Both the position numbers and the translations under genes were made by a program. From Thalia democratica (taxonomy: Eukaryota), in contig OZ241832.1 in the NCBI GenBank assembly GCA_965202585.1, positions 57,226,001-57,290,000 of the forward strand: DNA of 64,000 nt. Reading direction: 5' to 3'. The notes under the pieces were generated by a model, which saw only the letters and a program-made list of their open reading frames with translations, was not told where the DNA came from and searched no databases. Positions 37,295-48,353 of this stretch are shown here, piece after piece (positions within the stretch are counted from its first letter, which is position 1; the number at the start of each line of letters is the position of its first letter).

Positions 37295-37702
37295 CTAATA
37301 CTGAGACGAAATGAACTTGATCCACCTGTACACGTGGCACCACTTGTTGTGCTTGTCACTCCCAGCCACGTGCTTGAAATAATCCTCAACTAACACAAAC
37401 ACGATCAAATCGGCCACCGTCTTCTCTTGTCCAACCAGGTAGGTCCTGCTTGCAAGGTGCCTGTTGAGCTTATGTAGCACATCGCTTTCATCCTGGCACT
37501 CGTGGCACCACAGCGTTACGTCTTCCATCCACTGGTGCACAAGGCACTTGCTGATGCTGTCTGAAGCGTCGAGGTTGGGAAAGTGTTCGAGGAAGCGGAG
37601 GAGTGAGTAGGAGTAGCAGTCTCCGTCTTTGACAAACTTGCTTGAAGGCAGACCTACTAATGATCCGAGTTTCTCCAAGTTGTTCGATGTGCTTCTGTTC
37701 AT
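37295..37702 (-). CDS. EEF1E1: GST-C-like protein of the multi-synthetase complex (EEF1E1/AIMP3-like), single visible coding exon; C-terminus possibly spliced
   Basis: LVHQWME...LNRHLASRTYLVG...TVADLIVF...HVYRWIKFI is the AIMP3/EPRS-type GST-like helical domain. Symbol tentative. Confidence 0.7.
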   Translation of the reverse strand: MNRSTSNNLEKLGSLVGLPSSKFVKDGDCYSYSLLRFLEHFPNLDASDSISKCLVHQWMEDVTLWCHECQDESDVLHKLNRHLASRTYLVGQEKTVADLIVFVLVEDYFKHVAGSDKHNKWCHVYRWIKFISSQY

Positions 37703-38404
37703 TTTAAAGTTTTCTGGAAAATAATTGTTTGTTACGTATTTGTAAGCATGCCTATAACTTTTTTTTAAGTAAACTTTTGAATTGCCTAAAATGTTTTTTT
37801 ACTAAACCTATCAAAAACTGCAATAAAAAAAAACTTGATGTTTTTGAAGGTTGTCTTTAAATTTCAAACCATAAATCGCTAATTTAAAACAGTAAGTAAA
37901 ATAAACTCAATTATTTATTCATAAAAGCACAAGAAACATCAAAAAAAGTATTTTCATAAAAATTTTCAATTCAAAAAAATAGTTCAAGCGTTCAATAAAA
38001 TTCATTAGCCTTTAAATTTTAAATAAAAATCAAGGTTAAATTTCTAGAAATATATTTAAAGTGTTTAGGTTTTAATCTTAGTAAAAAAAAATAGTAACTT
38101 TTAAAACTTTGTGCTTAATAAAAATTTTAAAACACTGAAACCAGGATTTTAAACATCAATTATTTAGGAACAAACCTTTTTTTAAATGCAGTTATTACCA
38201 TTTTGTTTATTTAAACACTTATAATCTTATATTCAAACAAAAAATGCAATGAAAACTTCAAAGTAAACTTTAATTAGTAAAAACCATTAAATTAATTTTT
38301 AATTTTTAATATATTATAAAACAAATAAAAATTTTGTGTGACTTCTTAAAATATTTATTCACGACAAAAAAAATACAAAAGAAAAAAAGTTCTTTTTTTT
38401 TTTT

Positions 38405-39526
38405 CTACAATAGGTTATTGCTTATTGAACTCATGCAGTTCTTATTTCCTCCGCAACACCCATTTGTTTTCTTTCCGCCACCGTTGCAACCATTGGTCTG
38501 CTCATCCTTAATGTTCAACCTGCTGGTCTTGTTGTTCAACTCTGTCTCACTCTCATTCAGGAACTCCTTGTTGATCTTGCTGGTCTTCCCAACACACAAC
38601 TTCGCCTTACCCTTGTTCAAACCTTCCAGCAGGATGCAAGCCTTGCATACAGAATTTGATGAAATGTAATCACATCTGACGCACCTCATAAGCTTTGGCA
38701 TCTTCACTGTCTTCTTGATGACCATGGACTCCCCAGAGTGGATAATGTCCAAAATAGCCCTGGGCCTGATGGCTTCCAGGTCCTTGATGTAGACCCTGGC
38801 ATTGCCCCTGTATGCCTCTGGAGAGTATATGCACTCGGTGGAGAAATACACCAGCTTCTTGTGGTAGGCGTAGGCAACAATTTCCTTCTCATAGGCGTAC
38901 TTCAGGGGCTTCACCCTGGGTATTCCAGTTGGATCATCCCCGGTGATGATGGAGGTGCACCTCTGCAGCCTAGCAACGTCCCCCCTCATAATGTTCATGA
39001 TGACCGTCTCCGCAATGTCGTCAGCGTTGTGACCAGTGACTACTTTGTCCGCCTTGATCATCTTGGCGCCCCTGTCCAGGGCTTGACGGCGGAAGACCCC
39101 ACAGAAGGTGCAGTTGTTCTTCTTGCCTATTTGCTTGACTATCTCGTCCATGGTCCACCCGTACAGGTCTTTGTAGGAGAGAATCTCTAATGGTAAGCCA
39201 TAATCTACTTTGTTTTGCTTGACAGTTTCCAGTGAATCGTCCCTGTAACCAGTGATTCCTTCATCTATTGACAATAACCTCAAATCAAGCCCATAATCAT
39301 ACTGTCTGTTCAGAGTGTCCATTACGTGGGCAAGTACCGTAGAGTCCTTGCCTCCGGATACTCCAATTGCAACAACTTCTCCCCTTTTGAAAAGGTTGTA
39401 CCTGGTTATGGTCTTGTGTATTTCAGTTTCAAAGAGGACAAAGAAGCATTCCTTGCAAACCGGATCGCCGTTTCTTGGGCGCTTCAGTGAAGCTTTAGCT
39501 GTTTTGCATTTAACACAAAGTGGCAT
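38405..39526 (-). CDS. CTU1: Cytoplasmic tRNA 2-thiolation protein 1 (Ncs6/Ctu1), intronless CDS, 373 aa
   Basis: PP-loop SGGKDS, CxxC pairs (CVKC, CKEC, CTFC, CVRC, CKAC), [57 protein letters not shown]. Confidence 0.98.
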   Translation of the reverse strand: MPLCVKCKTAKASLKRPRNGDPVCKECFFVLFETEIHKTITRYNLFKRGEVVAIGVSGGKDSTVLAHVMDTLNRQYDYGLDLRLLSIDEGITGYRDDSLETVKQNKVDYGLPLEILSYKDLYGWTMDEIVKQIGKKNNCTFCGVFRRQALDRGAKMIKADKVVTGHNADDIAETVIMNIMRGDVARLQRCTSIITGDDPTGIPRVKPLKYAYEKEIVAYAYHKKLVYFSTECIYSPEAYRGNARVYIKDLEAIRPRAILDIIHSGESMVIKKTVKMPKLMRCVRCDYISSNSVCKACILLEGLNKGKAKLCVGKTSKINKEFLNESETELNNKTSRLNIKDEQTNGCNGGGKKTNGCCGGNKNCMSSISNNLL

Positions 39527-40122
39527 TTTTATTTCTGAAAATATTCATATTAAGGTTAAAAAGTTAGTTTTTTGTAGAATTACTTTTTTCTATGTTTTAA
39601 TATACATAACAACAACAAATATAATTAATTATGCTTTTAGTGTTTTTTAAACTTTAAACAAAGTCTTTGCTTTTTAGGTACATAAGAAGTAAATAACACT
39701 CTTAGTGTGACAGTTAAATATATATTTCTCTACTTATCTTCAAAAATTAACAGTAGAACTGAACACTAAGTTAGGAATAATTTTTCGCTAAAAACAGCAT
39801 AAGTTAAAACTAAGAAAATATACTTATCTACTTATCTTAAAACTACTTAGTTAGTTTTAAATTTTATTGTTTTTATTAAAAAAATATTCATAGTTTTATT
39901 TTCTGTTCTGTTATGATGTTAGTTTCTGAAGATAAGTTGAGAAATATATAGCTGTCAAAAAAAACCTTAGAGAGTGTTTTAATTAAAAAGCTACAGTGGC
40001 TAAATCAAATACTAAGGTATAATAATTTTATATTTAAGGTAAAAAAGTAGTCAATTTTTAAAAATAAAATCTTTTAAAAACAATAAATGTCAAATAAACT
40101 TGAGCTTCAATACTGGTTAGGG

Positions 40123-40831
40123 CAGGGTTCCCCAAACTTGTTTTTATAACCACCAACTTAGCAAAAGTTATTTTAAAAAAGTTGCCCTCCCTTATATAAT
40201 ATTTCCACTTTACTTGTGAATTAACCTACTTTACTTTATCTTTCCTTACTAGTTATTATCCCCTGATGGCAAAGATTTTCCCCAAAGGAGCGATTTTTTA
40301 GGGAACTCTGAGTTAAGGCAACAACATCTTAAACAAAGTTTATTCTCTTTAAAAACAAACTAATAAACCTTAAATTTTATACTTTTATAAGAAAGAGAAA
40401 ATCAATTACATAGAATTAAAAAAAAGCTTAACAAGTAAGAAACAAATGAAATAATTTTTATCATGTATGCAAAAGGTTAAAATACTAAAACTTACACTAA
40501 AGATTAAAACACACAAAGACAATGAGTAAAAATTGATATCTACCAACGTTCAAAATGTTGCTAAAGTATGTGTGTTGTATTACCTTTCTTTCTAGAAATT
40601 TGATATAACAAAAAGATTTTTTAATTTATCTAGACAGATTAGTAGTCTTCAAAGTGTGCACCAGTGCACACTAGTGTATAATTTGAAAAATTATCCTAAA
40701 CTTTGAAACTTACTCTAGATGTTCTAGAGTTAATAATGAATAAAAAAAGTCTTCAGAAGTTTTTTAAGAAATCTTGTTGGAGGGCCCCATAACTTTTTAA
40801 GGCCTTTTGAAAATAAGTTTGGGAAACCCTG
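40123..40831. mobile_element. Degenerate hAT-like non-autonomous element
   Basis: Inverted ends CAGGGTTCCCCAAACTT (40123-40139) and AAGTTTGGGAAACCCTG (40815-40831); no matching target-site duplication seen. Confidence 0.5.
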
Positions 40832-41216
40832 CACTAGATTATAGGTGTTTTTAATGGTAGTTTTGAAACTCATATAGATATTATGGAGCAAAATAAGAAA
40901 TTTAAAGGGCCACAAGGCGTAAAAGGGGGAGCCAAAAGGCCATAATTTGAAACTTTCACTAAATATTCTGGAGTTGATAATGAAGAGCAAAAATAAAAGC
41001 AGTTTTTTAAGAAATCTTGTTGGATGGGCCCATAGTTTTTTTATTTTTCTTAAGTTTAAGTACAAAAAATAAATATCCACTATAATTGCTATAGAAATAA
41101 GCAATGACTTTTTTGGTCAAATGCCTAACTTTTATTTCTACTTTATAACAAAACCAATAAAGCCAATTTTTTAAAGCTATTCAAGTTTTGAACAGTTTTA
41201 GTGTCATTGTAATTAT

Positions 41217-41515
41217 CAGGGTTGCCACTCTTTGGGTCAAAAAAACTGCCCTGAATGGCTAAAAACTAAGCTGAGTCATCCTTAGTTTTTTTAATTAGAA
41301 AAAAAATTACTTTTCAACATTAATAAAATAAACTTCTTTAACAATATTCTAAATAAAAAACAAAAAATTGAAATGAAACCAACTAAATCTAATTCAAAAC
41401 CTTAAAAAACCCTACCGTGAGTTTTTCATATAAAATAAAACTAGTTAGTTTTTAAACTGAGTAATACTAAGAGTTCCAAAACATCTTAAGTTATCCTGAG
41501 TGTGTGTCAACCCTG
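41217..41515. mobile_element. Short MITE with CAGGGTTG(C/A)CAC termini
   Basis: Left CAGGGTTGCCAC, right GTGTCAACCCTG, flanked both sides by AATTAT (apparent 6-bp TSD). The same terminus occurs at ~57244. Confidence 0.6.
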
Positions 41516-42369
41516 AATTATAATTACTAATGTAAATTACTGGAACGTGATTAATAAAAAAAAAATTTAAATGTTTGTTCCGTATAAATTGAGTTAATCA
41601 GAGACTTTATTTTCAAACTTTTTCTCAAAAACATTTGTATATATCCTTCAAAAACCTGTAAACCACTATGAAAAAAAAACATGTGCTTTGCATGTCTTGT
41701 CAACTGCTGTTGTTTTTTTTTTAATGAATTGTGTTTTTCTTGGGTACTAGAAAATGTAATAGTAAAAATTAGATAGCTATTTAACACTTTTTACATATAA
41801 TATTTTCAATTAAGTGTTTTCCTTATGTACATGGTTCCCAGAAAATTTTGACAAATTTTCTTCAGGTTTTTAAAACTACACGTTTCATGGTCTATTTCTA
41901 GTTTAAAATTATGTTTAAGGTTAAAAGCGGTGTTAAATAGTAGAAATACATTAAGAAGATATTTTAAAGCTACTTTAAATGTGTCTTTTAATAAAAAACT
42001 AAGATGACAAAAAATTTTACCTGTACAATATATTTTTTGTGTATAAATCAAAGTTTTACTACTTAAATAATATGTATAAGTCATTTAAAATTTAAGGTTT
42101 CAAAGTGATTTTTGTTAAAAATTCTATTCAAAATTTCTAAAATTCCAGTTTTTTTTGCAACCCTTTATGTATAGGAAATTAGGTTATTATAAAAAACTCT
42201 TTATAGGGCATGTTCAACCATTTTTTTATTGACATGAAAAGTTTTATTCCAAAAAAATGCCAAGTAAAAATAATTTACAGAAGTTTCAACTGCCTTAATT
42301 TAAAATCAAAAGTAAATAGCAAAGGCTAGAATTCTGTAGTTTTTAAAAATTATATATATATAATAGAAA

Positions 42370-42717
42370 AGTTTTTATAGCTGTCATTAGGACCCCTATG
42401 CTATCAGGATACATATATTTAGACAACTATTTGACAAGATTTTTTTAATATCAATATTATTTAATCAATTTTCTCTTAAAAACTTGATAATAATAAAAAA
42501 CCAAAATTATAAGGTTTTTAGACAGGTGGTGGCATAACAATAAAAAAGAACTACAAAGTTAAGCAAAAAAAATTAACATTTTGGTTATTTTATTAATCAC
42601 CAAGTTTTTCAAAGATGATTGACGAAATAATACTATTTTTTCAAAGTTTTTCAAAATAATGCCTAAGTATATGTAGCCTGATAGCATAGGGGTCCTAAGT
42701 CTACAGCTATGAAAACT
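42370..42717. mobile_element. MITE with ~55-bp imperfect terminal inverted repeats
   Basis: TTAGGACCCCTATGCTATCAGG in the left arm and CCTGATAGCATAGGGGTCCTAA in the right arm, with homology extending on both sides. Confidence 0.7.
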
Positions 42718-45700
42718 AGTTGAATGTTGCATTGCAAGATTGAAACCTATGGGTGACACAAAAGATTTATTAATAGCTTTTATAATTCATCATGTTTGAA
42801 ATAATTTCAAGTGGGTTAAGATTAATAGTATTTGATGTAAAATTTTACTTATGGGTTAGAGCTAAAAAAAATTAACCAAGTTGGGTTTTAAAATTAGTAT
42901 AAAATGTCATACTTAAATGGTAGGTACAATTTTTAGTTTTTAATTCTTAAAAAGTTAGTGTTTAAAACAATTTTGATTAAAATGATCATGCCCTTACTCC
43001 TAAATATTGTCAAAAAAATATTTAACTATCATATTTATCCTTGTTTTTTAACACATAATTTAACATTTTTAGGACTTAAATTATACCAAATATAAAAAGT
43101 TGTAGAAATTTATGTACAAGATATAAAATTGTGAACGCTCACAACTAAGGTCAATGGATTGGTGTAGAGAAAGACCTTTTGGTCATCAAGCCTCACACCA
43201 TTTGCTTGTAACTTTAAAACAATAATATAAATGAAAACTTTAAAAGTAATTGTATATAATTAAAAAAAACTTAAAAATGGTAAACACCCTTTTTTACCCA
43301 TTAATACCAATATTGACCTAACTATATATAATATTGGAAACTATAGTCTGACATGGGTTCTATACCATCTTCTTGCTTAGATTTTGATTTTATGATCATT
43401 TACATTCAATTTTTTCTTGTTGCCCTTTCTACAAGAGCAACCACAAAAAATGCAACAACTAACTCAAATTTAAATAAGAGGGGAGATTTGATAATTTTAC
43501 TATGCATAAAATATTTAGTATAATCAGCAACATGTATTTTTTAATAGTGTCTATAACAGCTTAAATGGTTTGGAAACCACTGACTTAGATAAAATATTTG
43601 AGAAATAAACAAAGCAATTCTTTAAGAAGTTAATCAATAAACATTTTTTTATTTAATAGTTTCATTGCAAACAGATATATCTTTTAGTTGTCAACTGTGC
43701 ATTTCACCAGACAAAGTGTCCACATTTCACATGATTCATATGGTACATATTAAATAAGCTTGAACCAACTTACACATATATAGTAGTAAAAATGGCTTTT
43801 GTATAAAAAATATATGAGTAACTAGAGTATTTACAATATCTCAAAACTGTATTATATTTGGCTTAACAAGTATTGGGGTAAAGAAGTAGAAAATTCGCTG
43901 TTAAATTTATTTGATTATTAGTTTATTTTGAATTTTTTAAAATACATCTTTCAAAAAATGTCTCCTTAAGTTAATTTTTTAAACTTTAGTCTTAGGTTGT
44001 CAAAGTTTTCAAAGGTTTAATAATAAGTACAATAAAAAAAAAATATTAAAATAAAATTGTAAACTCTTGCTTTTATAAACATTAACATAAGAACATTTTT
44101 TGGTTTGTTTAATAACTTTTTTATCATTTTTTATTTCAAAATAGTAAATTATTTTATTTTTATTATTTAATTGATAAGCTAAATTGTTAATCGAAACCAT
44201 TGTACACTATTATGTACAATTTCTATACCTTAAGTCTTAACAAAACTAAGTAATTACCTCTTAATAATTATTAAAATTCTCGATGATTAAATTTCTAAAC
44301 TTAAGTGTTTTTAGCTTTTACTTGAACCAAGTAATGCCAAAATTAAAGAGTTCCGAACACTGAACCCTTTAAAAAAACTATTGATAAAAAGCTTTGTTAT
44401 CTACTTATTTAAAACTTGTTTTTATGTAACAAAACAAAAAAATAATACACCTGACTAACTTTTAAACTTTCTAAATGGTATGGATTAAAATAAAAATATC
44501 AATTCTTAAAAATAAAAGTTTTAATTTCCTTCCCGAGGAAAAAACATTTTCTTACGACGAAATCTCCAATACAAAAAATAAAATACTAATAGAGATCATA
44601 GGACATCGGGTCAGATACTGTTTAAAATTAAAATGTGAAAAAACTAAAAATATACTGGTAAATTGGATATCTAACCTAATATTTATATCCTGTTAAGATT
44701 TTTTAAATAGTAATTATCATTAAGACACATAGAATAAAAGTTGCATAGTTTTAGCGACTTAATTTTTGCCATTGTGTTTGGTATAAATTAAACTTTTAAT
44801 TTGAAAAGTTTACTTAATGATAAAAGTGCTTAGTTCTTTATTATAAGAGGGAAGACATACAATATTGTTTTTAGCTACTTTTTTTACTATTTACTTACAA
44901 CGTCTCGCTGTAATGATAGCATTTCAGCGAGTAGAATGCTTGTTTATGTATTCTTTTAAGAGCTGTCATTACGGCTTAACACTATACGTTAATTAAATGA
45001 CTTAAATTAAAAATCTTGTTTTATACAAGCTAAAGAATTGCATTTACAGCATGTAAAAGTCCTAACTTAGTAGCTTTGCAGTAAGATGTTTAAAGTTACA
45101 ATTAAGTTGTTAAACTTTTAATAATTTAAATTTTTATATGTTTTGTTTGACTAAGCATGACATTTAAATGTAATTTGAATGCAAAGTATGTGTTTAAGTT
45201 TTTTCAAACATTTTCTTTACTTTCTACAGTTAATAAAATTTTCATATTTTTTATACTTAATGTAGTTAAAAGTTCTAAATTTTTTTTTAGACTTTTTTTT
45301 GTTTAATCAGTTATAAATTTAAGATAAACAAAGAACTTAGTGCAAGTTTTTTTGATCTTTTTATATACCATAAACTTGATACAATTTTATTTTTAGTTTT
45401 CGACTTAAACTTTTAGGTAAAGTGCTTTATGTTGGTTTTTGCAAGAAAAAATTTAAACGTTTTACATTAAAAGGTTTTAAATTAAACATTTTTTATTTTA
45501 TAACTTAAACTTTTTTTTACGTATAATTGTATTGTTTCTAATATATTTAGCAATTTAATTTTACGTATTGATGCTATAAAAAACAATAAACAGTGATTTT
45601 TAATTTTAGAGGAGAACAAATTAAGTAAAAATCTTATCTAAGTACTGATGAGCTCATTGAGCAAAACTTTGTTTGCTGGTTAAATTTTGAAAGAGTAAAT

Positions 45701-45834
45701 TTGTATATTCAGAAATAATGGTATCTTCTATAAAATTTCCAGCGTTTTCTAGTTAAAAAATAGGAGGGGATACTGGAGTTTTTAAATAACAATTTAAAGA
45801 GAAACACATTCTAAGTTTAAAATTCATTCGCAGA

Positions 45835-46710
45835 CGACGTTTCGACTTTTCATCAGTCATTATCAACAAAATTCTGTGCAAAATAACTAAAAATTAGAGT
45901 TAAACAAAGTATTTAAAATTTAAGTAATACAATATATAAACAGTTATAAATTAAAATTATAAACTATAATAAAATAACATGTTACATAAATATTTATACA
46001 TTGTTAAACATATATATATTAATATATATCTAACTAATCAAAAATTCTTAGTGTATGGATAATACCCGGCTTAGTTAATTGTTTATTTAAAATTGGATTA
46101 TTACGTTTAATTAGCAGAGCTTCATTTATCACGGTATCAAATTTATTTCTACACTCTTTCAAATTCCAAAATTATTAAAATTTGTTTTTTCACTTTTACA
46201 AACATTACAACTGCTGATGTGGTCAGATACAGCTGTTGTGGCTTTTAAATGTTCTTTAACTCTACTAATGGTCTTGAAGTGAATCCAATGTACTGAATAC
46301 TCTTATCATAAGAGCATTTATATTCATAGACCACGTTGGATTTTAATTCATGGGGCGTCTTATCTTTATTACTGAAGTAATTGCTTACTTTTCTTGTTGT
46401 AAAAATTACTTTAAAGTCTTCGATGTTGTTGTTAAAAGCTTTTCTAGTTTCTTTTTATACTCATTACTAGGTTTTGCAATATAAGGTGCCTTTAAGATAT
46501 TTTTGAAGTCTGAACTACTTAGTTTTTTCTTAGTGCATTCTTTATTAATATTAATAGATCTTTTTATTACGTCATCGACAAATTTCTTTGGATAACCAAT
46601 TTCAAAGAATTTTTCTTTTAAGTTTGTGATTTCTTGTTTGTAAACTTTATGCGTAATACTATAATTCTTGCTTTGTTCACAAACCACAGTATTAGAGCTC
46701 TTTTCCATTT
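45835..46710 (-). mobile_element. Penelope-like retroelement 3' relic (RT thumb end + GIY-YIG endonuclease), frameshifted
   Basis: Across two frameshifts: ...IGYPKKFVDDVI...KAPYI...NVVYEYKCSYDKSIQYIGFTSRPL..VKEH...HISSC...EALLIKRNNPILNKQ. Decayed hammerhead-like motif at 45835-45866. Confidence 0.85.
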
Positions 46711-48353
46711 AGTTGGTGCCACTGCACTTAACTTTAAAATGCAATTAAATTGAAAATAGCAATCGTAATTTTTGTAAAAGTGAAAAAATAACGGTTAACA
46801 ATTTTGGAATTTAAAAAAAAACTTATTTTTTCCTTAATTAAAGAAAATATTTATTGTTTTTTTTTAACATGAATTTTCTTTTGGAAGATTAAGATTTGGC
46901 TAAAACTTCATAAAAGTTTCAAAATTTAATTTATTTAAGTATCAAAAATCTAAGCTATACTTTTAAAATTGGTTTTTAGGCGCTTTCTTTAAGTCTAAAT
47001 AAGTTAAAAAGTTTTTTAAGCATAGTCAACAATTTTTAACTGTATGTTATCAAAAGTATGAAATCTCACGTGGTTTTGAAATAAAACAATTTAAAGTAAA
47101 AAAAGAAAACTTGTTATGATTTAATTCTACTTCTAAGTAATTAGTTTAAACAAAAGTTTGTATTAGTTAAGGTATCCTATCGTTTATGACACCCAAAAAA
47201 AGCATCTTAATATTTTTCATTCCCGCGTAAATAGCTGTACAACATGGAAGATCTCTTTTTATCATTTTAACTAAATTCTATGAATAATTAATCAATCTGA
47301 AAGCTTCACCTCTAACAAAAAAGGCCTTATTTAAACAGTGGTGCATAAAAATATTTTGTAGTTAAATGTTTATCAAACAATTAGAGACATACAATACAAC
47401 AAGCATAATTATTGTTTTTACTGATTTATAAGTAATGATAATATAATTTTTGAAGACAGAATTTCAATTTTTTTTTTAATGAAACACACTGAACCACTAC
47501 TTTTCAGCTAGTGTGTTATTATATTTTTTATCGTTTATTTTACTTGTTGAGGATAAAAACTTTATAAGTTAATTCTTAGTAGGTCGTAAAAGATTGTGGA
47601 ATCATTTGATGTACGACTCGATAACCGAAAGGTTGCTTAATACACCAGGTCCTTAGACCAAACTTTTGAGCGTTTTTATTTTATCGTTCAATAAACCATA
47701 TACTGCAAACTTTTAAGATAAAGATTTATTATCCTGTTCAAATGGTAATAAATCTAAAGACTACATTTTCATTATAAAAACATAATTTAGTTTTTCAGTT
47801 TTGTTGGGCCGTTTTTCAGATTAAAGTAAAACTTAAACTCGGGGTAAAACAAATAATAAAAAGAAAGTTTTAATTTTTATTTAAATCTTTGTAATTTATC
47901 CGAAATAAATTATATATCACTAATTTTCAAAAATAATTTATGTACACAGAAATATATATTTTTAATATAGTAATATGTACTATAACTTTTATATGCTTTG
48001 TTGTATTTTTAGTTTATATGAAGATATTTTTTACATTTCACTTATACTGTAAAAAAGTTCGACTTTTCTACACAATATTCTTACACAAAATAAATATTAA
48101 TCAGAAATAAACAAAAACAGGCACCAATATATAAATACCAAAACGATCACATTAGAGCATTATCAAAAAAAAAACATTGATTTACAACAAAAAAGTTTAG
48201 CACTATTTATGAAACTTATACAGTTCAAATTCATGGAGAATATTTTGACAAAACAAATGTGTGTAAACCAAGATGTATGATTTTTAGAGAAAGGCATTAA
48301 TTCTAGTTTGATATAAATATAAGGCTGTATGTTCAGTGTAGTCACTTGTGAAA

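Noticed and set aside
37240-37300. Frameshifted C-terminal extension of the EEF1E1-like ORF (IRDVVGLVWIVGRMT*)
   Set aside because: Similarity to AIMP3 tails is too weak to assert an indel; a natural stop or splicing explains it equally well.
38334-39650. ORFs overlapping CTU1 (38334-38669, 38704-38892, 38738-39190, 39315-39650)
   Set aside because: Antisense or alternative-frame shadows without recognisable motifs.
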